This document shows, piece after piece, positions 1 through 7,238 of a DNA stretch of 64,000 nucleotides. The stretch spans positions 3,744,001 through 3,808,000 of the forward strand of contig OZ245742.1 of assembly GCA_965227295.1 (NCBI GenBank), given 5' to 3'. The notes under the pieces are model-generated. The model made no database searches. It was given only the letters and a program-made list of their open reading frames with translations, and was not told the DNA's origin. Every line of letters starts with the position of its first letter. The first letter of the stretch is position 1. Source of the DNA: Leptonemataceae bacterium. GTDB taxonomy: Bacteria; Spirochaetota; Leptospiria; Leptospirales; Leptonemataceae. Made by a program: the position numbers and the translations under genes.

Positions 1-326
1 CCGCTCCAAAGCGATTGCATGCGTCGATCCAGAATGTGAAGCAGTGGATTAAAGCGAATCGGCATCTACCCATGCGCAGGTTCTTCAATCTTCTGAACTC
101 CCGGCTGCGTGGATACTATAACTATTATGGCGTCCAATGCAACTACAAGAGTATACGAAGCTTCTACTATCAGGTGGAAATGAATCTGTACAAGTGGCTC
201 AATCGGCGCAGTCAGCGCCGGAGTCTGGACTGGCAGGGGCTGAGGGATCTGATGGCGCACTACCGGATCGAAAAACCGCGCATCATGGAACGACCAGTAT
301 CTCAGTTGCGACTTACTCTGAATTGA
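1..326 (+). CDS. ltrA: Group II intron reverse transcriptase/maturase, C-terminal thumb (X) domain, 5'-partial; no endonuclease domain
   Basis: LNSRLRGYYNYYG and YKWLNRRSQR motifs; stop codon directly before domain V. Confidence 0.88.
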   Translation, partial: APKRLHASIQNVKQWIKANRHLPMRRFFNLLNSRLRGYYNYYGVQCNYKSIRSFYYQVEMNLYKWLNRRSQRRSLDWQGLRDLMAHYRIEKPRIMERPVSQLRLTLN

Positions 327-353
327 CTTTATGTGGAAGCGAGTGCTTTCGAA

Positions 354-426
354 GAGCCCGGTGCGAGAATACCGCACGCCGGGATCTGTGCGGGGGCGGC
401 CGGGCAACCGGCCGTTCTACCGCGAC
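354..426 (+). ncRNA. Group II intron domains V and VI
   Basis: GAGCCCGG-TGCG...CGCA-CG-CCGGGATC (AGC triad, 2-nt bulge); DVI stem CGGCCGG-GCAA-CCGGCCG with bulged A419 and terminal AC. Confidence 0.9.
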
Positions 427-965
427 CGGCGCTCTTTCAACTCCGCGACTACCTGGTGATGGATCGGGGGCTGATTCCGGAGGATCTGAAAGAATATCGC
501 AGGCAGTTCGCGAAGATGGCGCGGGAGTTTTTTGCGGTGATTCTGAAAGATCGGGCGATTTATGATCGGAATTATCGTTTGTGGGAGGAGGCGAATGGGA
601 TCGGGGTCGGGAAACGTGCGGGGAGCGGCGCGTCCGGGAACCCGGAAGGCAACGATCTTTCGATCGTCCACATGGATAAGATCAGCGAGGCGTCGGTTTC
701 GCTTTCGCATGAGGATCATTATCTGCTCCAGGCGTTTCGCGGGCAGCGGCTGGTGGACGTGCCGAAGAGCGCGCCGTTTCGGGCGATGGAGCGCATTGTC
801 CGGGAGAACGGCGTGGCGATCGGCGATTTGCGCGAGGCGGAGTTGCAGCACGCGGAGTTGCAGCACGCGGAGTTGCCGGAAGCGCGGCTGGGCGTTCGCG
901 TAGCGACGCGGACGACACCCGCCCCGGCCGATACACGCAAAAATCATCGTCCCACAAAATATTGA
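427..965 (+). CDS. 3' exon of an intron-interrupted hypothetical gene
   Basis: Open, protein-like frame (ALFQLRDYLVMDRGLIPEDLKEYRRQF...) starts right at the intron 3' end. Confidence 0.6.
837..876 (+). repeat. 15-bp tandem repeat (GCGGAGTTGCAGCAC x2.7) encoding AELQH
   Basis: Seen directly. Confidence 0.9.
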
Positions 966-1001
966 TTGACCATGCGTATTTTTTGATGCAATCATTCATG
1001 A

Positions 1002-3149
1002 ATGTTCCGGCAAGAAACACTTTTGATACTATGTTGTCTGTTCCTCCAGTTCTTCTTTATGAATTGCGGCGGGGTCGGTATTTTCGATCCTCTGGAAGCC
1101 CGTCCTGTGGGCGACCTCCATTCATCCACATCGAGGGACTTGAAGCCCGCGTCGCCTAAAGCCGTAAGTAAGGACAGGCTCACTGACGTCCCCTATTCGT
1201 CAGTGGTCCGAATGGAATTTGCTTTTGGAGCCGGAGAGTACAGTTGTTCCGGTACTTTGATCGAAGGTGCCGACGGAGATACCTATCTCCTGACAGCCAC
1301 TCACTGCCTTTTTGATCCCCATTCCAAGAACTGGCTGAATGAAGTGGTCATCTGTGTCGCCGCTTATAGCCGGACCGGGTGCAAAGGGGGGAGGTTCGTT
1401 CGGCCGATTGAGTACGTTTCTATTTTTACGAATGCTCAGCGTTCCGAAGATACCTATCCAGTGCCTCCAAACCACCGTCCCGAAATGGAAGTGTACGATC
1501 AGGCCATTGTTAAACTCAAGCAATCTCCGCAAGCCCGGGCACTGCGGCCTCTATTCGGGCTGAACCTGGACCAACCACAGATTCGAATGTTAGGTTATCC
1601 CGATGGCGATGATTTTCATGCCGGGACCATGTACGAGATTCAAACCAACCTGGTTTTTGCCATCGATGAAGAAAGGCAGGCGCTCCTCAGTCAACCCGCC
1701 TTCGCCGAGGGGGCGAGTGGCGGCCCCTGGATCTATCGTGATTCGAAGGGTGCTCATCGAGTGGTCGGGTTGCTCAGCAGCGGTATTCCCGGCGAAGGCG
1801 AGACCTACGAAATTTCCGGCATCTTCGGTGATAATCAAGAGCTTCTCTATGAATGCGCTACCGGAGGCCAGGGCGCGCCGTGTAAGCCGCAGCGCAGAGG
1901 CGATGGTAAGATTACACAGATGAACGATTACACGATCCAGGAGACCGGCTATTCTGTGGGAGGATCCATGATCTACCTCCAAAACGGCAGCATGGCTGTT
2001 CTTGCGGTGCGCCGGGCTCAACGGGCCTGCACGGGAAAATCCTACTCAGGATCCGGAGTCGAGCTTTCTTTTTTGCGCATCGACGATATGCCGGCGACAA
2101 TGCAGCGGCAATGCTTTGATCTCGGCAGGTGGTCCGGCCGGGATGCAAGCGATATGTTAGTCGCCAGGCTGGAAGCCGCGGACGCTTCGGAGAACTATTA
2201 CCTGATCACTGCCAACGGGACTAACGACAATCGAATCCGCCTGCACACCTTTGCCATACAGGATACGGGCCTGGTTCCTCTGGAAGAGAAGATCTGGGAT
2301 GCCGGTGAGATAGACAAGAACGTCCGTCTCCTGCAGACCGCGAACGGTTTCGCCTTCTTACGCCGCCGAAAAGGTAAGTTGTACCTGAAATCCTGGGATC
2401 TTTCATTGGAAGGGAAACTCAAGGAAGGAAAACCGAAAGCTCTCACAGGACCGAAAACAACAGCCTTCGACGCGATAGCTCTGACGGCTCCGGCACCGCC
2501 GGAAATCGGATCCTCTTTCATCAAACCTCAGGTCCTGGTGGCCGCCGTCATTGGTGGAAAGATAGAACTCTTGAGTTACTTGCTCCATGATGGGACCTGG
2601 GTCAATGGTCCTCAGTTGAAGACCGGCATTGTGGCGGAGGAGGCCCCACGGCTCGTGCAGATGGACAACGGTATGATCGCCCTCGGCTTCCTCGGGAAAG
2701 ACAGACAGGCTGCCTTTGAACTCCTTCGGGTTGACTATCGTACCTGGAATGCCGGGCACTATTTTCTCGAACGCGTCGAGGACAGTCGAACCAATGTCGT
2801 GCGTGGTTCCAAAGTGCTACAGGGGCCGGGTCTGGCGGACCTCGGCAACGGCATCCTCGGCGTTGCCGTGGCCTTGACAGACCGCACACTGCTGAACACG
2901 TTTGCCATACCTGCCCACTCGGTTCCGAGCCCTCGGAAATTAGGGGAGGCGAACATGCCGGCCTGGAACGAGTCGAACATTACGCCGCTGTACTTCGGTT
3001 CTCCTGCTCGCCCGGAGGCTACGACGATTGCTGTGGTCTATTTCGATAAGAGCAGCGGCTCCACCGACTTTCGCCTGCGTACCCTGTCGGTAGAGGGCGC
3101 GTCCGGTGTGCGTATGGATACCATCAGCTACCATTACATGTACCGCTGA
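1002..3149 (+). CDS. Lipoprotein trypsin-like (V8/glutamyl endopeptidase-like) serine protease with large unassigned C-terminal region
   Basis: Hydrophobic N-terminus with FFMNC lipobox; triad motifs TATHC, YDQAIV, GASGGP. Confidence 0.8.
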   Translation: MFRQETLLILCCLFLQFFFMNCGGVGIFDPLEARPVGDLHSSTSRDLKPASPKAVSKDRLTDVPYSSVVRMEFAFGAGEYSCSGTLIEGADGDTYLLTATHCLFDPHSKNWLNEVVICVAAYSRTGCKGGRFVRPIEYVSIFTNAQRSEDTYPVPPNHRPEMEVYDQAIVKLKQSPQARALRPLFGLNLDQPQIRMLGYPDGDDFHAGTMYEIQTNLVFAIDEERQALLSQPAFAEGASGGPWIYRDSKGAHRVVGLLSSGIPGEGETYEISGIFGDNQELLYECATGGQGAPCKPQRRGDGKITQMNDYTIQETGYSVGGSMIYLQNGSMAVLAVRRAQRACTGKSYSGSGVELSFLRIDDMPATMQRQCFDLGRWSGRDASDMLVARLEAADASENYYLITANGTNDNRIRLHTFAIQDTGLVPLEEKIWDAGEIDKNVRLLQTANGFAFLRRRKGKLYLKSWDLSLEGKLKEGKPKALTGPKTTAFDAIALTAPAPPEIGSSFIKPQVLVAAVIGGKIELLSYLLHDGTWVNGPQLKTGIVAEEAPRLVQMDNGMIALGFLGKDRQAAFELLRVDYRTWNAGHYFLERVEDSRTNVVRGSKVLQGPGLADLGNGILGVAVALTDRTLLNTFAIPAHSVPSPRKLGEANMPAWNESNITPLYFGSPARPEATTIAVVYFDKSSGSTDFRLRTLSVEGASGVRMDTISYHYMYR

Positions 3150-3289
3150 GGCGCGGCCCATCATCCAGCATGATTTTTCATCTTGCGCGCCGCGATCCAC
3201 CCTGATAATCTCGGCTGCACGGGAAATTCTGGACTCCCGCCGCGTTTCTGCCGATACTAAACGAAGCGGCAATTCGCCTGCATCCGCCT

Positions 3290-4306
3290 ATGCTCCAGTC
3301 GAAAAAACAGCAGCTCTCCGGTCGCCAGAAGGCGGCGATCTTCCTCGTGACCCTCGGTCCGGAGATCGCTTCCGAGATCTTCAAGCACCTGCGCGAGGAC
3401 GAGGTCGAGACGCTCACTTTCGAAATGGCGCGGATCGATAAGATCACGCCGGAGGACAAAGAGTCGGTCCTGGTTGAGTTCAACGAACTCATGATGGCCC
3501 AGGAGTTCATCACGACGGGCGGTATCGATTACGCCCGGGAAGTTCTGGAACGCGCCCTCGGTACTCAGAAGGCGATCGACATCATCAACCGCCTCACGTC
3601 GTCGCTCCAGGTCCGGCCGTTCGACTTCATTCGCCGCACGGACCCGCAGCATCTTTTGAACTTTATCCAGAACGAGCACCCGCAAACCATCGCTCTGATT
3701 CTCTGTTACCTCGAACCCCAGAAGGCCGCGCTCATTCTTTCGTCGTTGCCGCACCAGATCCAGGCCGACGTCGCCAAGCGCATCGCCACGATGGAACGCG
3801 TTTCGCCGGACGTTCTGCGCGAAGTCGAACGCGTTCTTGAACGCAAGCTCTCCACGCTCGCTTCGGAAGATTATACGACGGCGGGTGGTATCGACGCGGT
3901 GGTCGAGGTTCTGAACCTCGTAGACCGCGGCACGGAAAAGACCATCATCGAGGCGCTGGAAGAGGAAGACCCGGAACTCGCCGAAGAAATCAAAAAGAAG
4001 ATGTTTGTCTTCGAAGACATCGTCCTGCTCGACGACCGTGCCATTCAGCGGGTCCTCCGCGAGGTCGACAACCAGGAACTCGCGAAGGCCCTCAAGTCGG
4101 TCGACGCCGAGGTCCAGGAAAAGATCTTCAAGAACATGTCCAAACGCGCGGCCGCGTTGCTCCGCGAGGACATGGACTTCATGGGTCCGGTGCGTTTGAA
4201 AGACGTCGAGGACTGCCAGCAGAAGATTGTGAACATCATCCGCAAGCTGGAAGATGCCGGCGAGATCGTCGTCGCGCGTCACGGGGAAGAAGAGCTGGTG
4301 GTTTGA
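3290..4306 (+). CDS. fliG: Flagellar motor switch protein FliG
   Basis: GRQKAAIFL, GGIDYA, EHPQTIAL, MFVFEDI, MGPVRLKDVE. Confidence 0.97.
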   Translation: MLQSKKQQLSGRQKAAIFLVTLGPEIASEIFKHLREDEVETLTFEMARIDKITPEDKESVLVEFNELMMAQEFITTGGIDYAREVLERALGTQKAIDIINRLTSSLQVRPFDFIRRTDPQHLLNFIQNEHPQTIALILCYLEPQKAALILSSLPHQIQADVAKRIATMERVSPDVLREVERVLERKLSTLASEDYTTAGGIDAVVEVLNLVDRGTEKTIIEALEEEDPELAEEIKKKMFVFEDIVLLDDRAIQRVLREVDNQELAKALKSVDAEVQEKIFKNMSKRAAALLREDMDFMGPVRLKDVEDCQQKIVNIIRKLEDAGEIVVARHGEEELVV

Positions 4307-4337
4307 TTCGGCGTTTGCCCGGTCATTCGAAGCACAA

Positions 4338-4538
4338 ATGGCTACGATCGAAGAAATCAAGGAAGCCATAGCGGCGCTTCCGCAATCAGAACAGCAGCGT
4401 CTCCGCGATTGGTTCGTCGAGCGAGACAGTGAGTCCTGGGATCGCAAGATCGAAGATGATGCCGCGTCCGGCCGACTGGACGCTCTTGCGGACGCGGCAT
4501 TGCGCGATCACGAGACCGGACGTTCGACCAAACTGTGA
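4338..4538 (+). CDS. Small putative antitoxin (type normally upstream of a RelE/ParE-like toxin)
   Basis: MATIEEIKEAIAALP...WDRKIEDDAASGRLDALA..AL pattern. Confidence 0.6.
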   Translation: MATIEEIKEAIAALPQSEQQRLRDWFVERDSESWDRKIEDDAASGRLDALADAALRDHETGRSTKL

Positions 4539-4596
4539 GACAGTTCATATCTCGGGGTTAAGACGGGGCATTTGACGCAGAAGACTGCGGATCACC

Positions 4597-5679
4597 ATGT
4601 ACCGATACAACCCAGACAAAAACGAACTAACCGAAGTCGAAGCAACGACGTTCGCCGAGAACGGCCTGGTGGAACGAGGCCACATCGAAGAGTGGGTCCG
4701 CAAGAATCCGACGATACTTGACGAAAGCCTGCTCATCATCGCCCAGGAGTACGACGGCTTCGAGAAAGAAGGCCGCCTCGATCTCCTCGCCGTGCATTCA
4801 GAGGGCGATCTCGTCGTCATCGAACTCAAGCGGGACGCATCCGGCTCGCAGGTCGATTTCCAGGCGATGAAGTACTGCTCGTACTGTGCCACGCTGACGC
4901 CGAAGGATATCGTCGAGATCTATCAGGAGTACATCAAAAAATTCGACCTGAAACAGAACGCCCTCGAAACGCTGATGGCGCATGTCGAGGCGGAATCGGA
5001 GGAGAGCCTGAACGAAGTCCTGAATCGTTCGCAGAAAATCATCCTGGCCGGGCGACAGTTCGACGATCGCATCCTGTCGGTGGCCGCCTGGCTATGCCGG
5101 AACAATATCGATATCCGCTGCATCGAGATCCGGCCGTACAAACACGGCTCCGGCGACATACTCATCGATATCAATCAGCTTATCCCGACTCGCACGCTCG
5201 AAGACTTTGCCGTTCGCCGGGCGACGCCGTCCGGGCGGAGCGGGGATATCCAGCAGCCGCCGGAGATTCTTGCGTTCTTTCGTTCGATAGTGACGATGCT
5301 GCGGGATAAGGGCTACCGGGCGACGCCGTCGAATCGCAGACCGCAGTGTGCGGTGGCGTCCGGTGTGTCGGGCTCCATCCTGTTCAAGCTGTACTATCGC
5401 AAGCGGCGAAAGCTTTTCGAGTTCGAGGTCGAATGCAAGGACGGCAGCCTGAAAGAAAAACTCTTTGCGGCGTATGACAAACACAGCAAAGAGATTGCGG
5501 ATCTTACGGGCTTGCAGTTCGAGAAGAGCGACGGTCAGTTTAACGCAGGCTGGTCCAGGCTGACGGCCGCTCGTGATGCGGAAGAGCGGCGGACGCTGGA
5601 TGATCATCTGGAACCGATCGGTGCAAGCTTTCTCGCCATGGTGGAGAAGTTCCGGGAGATTTTTCAAGACGAGCTTTGA
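4597..5679 (+). CDS. NucS/EndoMS-like PD-(D/E)XK endonuclease with DUF4268-like C-terminus
   Basis: E-HIEEW...GRLDLLAV...LVVIELKR...FQA--Y motif. Confidence 0.75.
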   Translation: MYRYNPDKNELTEVEATTFAENGLVERGHIEEWVRKNPTILDESLLIIAQEYDGFEKEGRLDLLAVHSEGDLVVIELKRDASGSQVDFQAMKYCSYCATLTPKDIVEIYQEYIKKFDLKQNALETLMAHVEAESEESLNEVLNRSQKIILAGRQFDDRILSVAAWLCRNNIDIRCIEIRPYKHGSGDILIDINQLIPTRTLEDFAVRRATPSGRSGDIQQPPEILAFFRSIVTMLRDKGYRATPSNRRPQCAVASGVSGSILFKLYYRKRRKLFEFEVECKDGSLKEKLFAAYDKHSKEIADLTGLQFEKSDGQFNAGWSRLTAARDAEERRTLDDHLEPIGASFLAMVEKFREIFQDEL

Positions 5680-5694
5680 ACTGGAAGGGCGCTC

Positions 5695-5964
5695 ATGACG
5701 TTCGTTCCCTTAACACAAGAAGAGGTCCAGAGTCTTGAGTCAGAAATCGACGACTATTTTCTTTTCCAGCCTATACTGAATGAACTCAATGCACCACTAC
5801 TAATCCACAGGATTGAAACGGGAATCTGGAATTCACGGCTTGAGTCTGTAGCTTTCGATACTGAGAATTTTGCCCGGGAACGCACGGCTACTGGAAAACT
5901 GATTCGGGCCTATGACTGGCTGCGCTTTTTCGATCCTCAGCGATACTCGTGTTTAATGCGATAG
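5695..5964 (+). CDS. Hypothetical protein (possible fragment)
   Basis: 89-aa ORF with GAAGG upstream; AT-richer DNA. Confidence 0.4.
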   Translation: MTFVPLTQEEVQSLESEIDDYFLFQPILNELNAPLLIHRIETGIWNSRLESVAFDTENFARERTATGKLIRAYDWLRFFDPQRYSCLMR

Positions 5965-5985
5965 TTCCTATGAAATAAGTATGGC

Positions 5986-7095
5986 TCACCCGGCGTGAGA
6001 ATACCAACTCGCTATAAAACTGAATTGTCTTTTCTGATTCAGAATTGGATCTTTCACTACAAACGTGGGCAGTGGGATTGTGACTCCGAAGTGTTCTTTC
6101 AACATGTCTGTGGCTATGCCGATTGGCAGCTTCGTGCGCTCGTGCGTGACTCCCCTGCCAATGTCAATCTCACCCTCCTCACTTACCCATCCCTTAACGG
6201 CATTTTGTAGCTCCACGAATTGTCGCTTAGCTTCCAGGGCACCCTTGGCCGTAGCTTCAGCCAAACATCGATGAATGGAATGAAGCCATTGCCGAAAAAC
6301 TGTGGCATTCCTTGTATTCTTTACTTCGATCATAGCCTGGATCAACGATATTTTTTCTCTGCGTGCAGTGAGAAAAATGAACTCTTCCAGTCGAGGGAGA
6401 AGTAACTCAGAGCTGACTAATTCATGCATTGATTCAAGTAGTATTTTATCGGATTCGTCCTGAACCATCTGAAGACAATCGATAAGGATGGTACGCTGTC
6501 GTTCTGCCAATTGATCCAGGAGTTGATCCTTTGATGGGCTCAAGAAAAGCGGAGCATTGAGCAGACCTGCGAGTGTTATGTAAAACAGGAGTCGGGGTAA
6601 CGTAGGGCCTGTGTCAGCCAGGGTTGAAATAGCGAGAGCACTCTGTTGGAAGAGCGTATCATGGTAGTTCTCATAATCGCTTGTCGTAGGAAGGTCATCC
6701 CTCTGCTGGATTTCTTTTTCCAGGTTCTTGTACAGAGGATTATCGGCAATCATGTGGGTCTGGTATGCAGCGGAGTTATATACACTCTGAGGAAACTCAA
6801 CGGTTCTGATTGGTAGTGGTTGAGAAGGCAGTTCTCCATTGAGAGAGCTGGCGGCGACATGATCGATTACCAGAGTGTCATAGGCGATCATTCGACTCAG
6901 AAGTTTGACTGCATGTCTGATGGCTGGACGATTGCGAAATTCTGTTCTCATTGCCATATACACGGGTTCTGTTCGAATTGGTGTCCCCAGAAAATCACGG
7001 TGCTTCATGAGTTCTGAGATGGATGTTACATCTACGAAGGCGAAGTTCTGGTCAGGCGTAAGGCTTTGAAACTCAATTGTGGCGTTATTGATCAT
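5986..7095 (-). CDS. Hypothetical protein, AT-richer than its surroundings
   Basis: 369-aa ORF in low-GC DNA, where long chance ORFs are unlikely. Confidence 0.75.
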   Translation of the reverse strand: MINNATIEFQSLTPDQNFAFVDVTSISELMKHRDFLGTPIRTEPVYMAMRTEFRNRPAIRHAVKLLSRMIAYDTLVIDHVAASSLNGELPSQPLPIRTVEFPQSVYNSAAYQTHMIADNPLYKNLEKEIQQRDDLPTTSDYENYHDTLFQQSALAISTLADTGPTLPRLLFYITLAGLLNAPLFLSPSKDQLLDQLAERQRTILIDCLQMVQDESDKILLESMHELVSSELLLPRLEEFIFLTARREKISLIQAMIEVKNTRNATVFRQWLHSIHRCLAEATAKGALEAKRQFVELQNAVKGWVSEEGEIDIGRGVTHERTKLPIGIATDMLKEHFGVTIPLPTFVVKDPILNQKRQFSFIASWYSHAG

Positions 7096-7238
7096 TTTAT
7101 GATGTTCTGATGGCTCCGTGGTTTGTCAATTCAGTTAGCCCGGGTCGCCGACGACCAGAGGTTAGCACGGGCTCTAACTTCCCATTTCAGGCACAATTGA
7201 GCAGTGAACCTCCTCTCACCGTCCACACTGATCCCACA

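Larger units (their letters stand above)
1..426 (+). mobile_element. 3' part of a group II intron (continues left of the window)
   Basis: Maturase C-terminus followed by domain V and domain VI; ends ...CTACCGCGAC at 426. Confidence 0.92.

Noticed and set aside
333..426. N-terminal part of ORF 333-965
   Set aside because: It is intron domain V/VI RNA read in frame by chance
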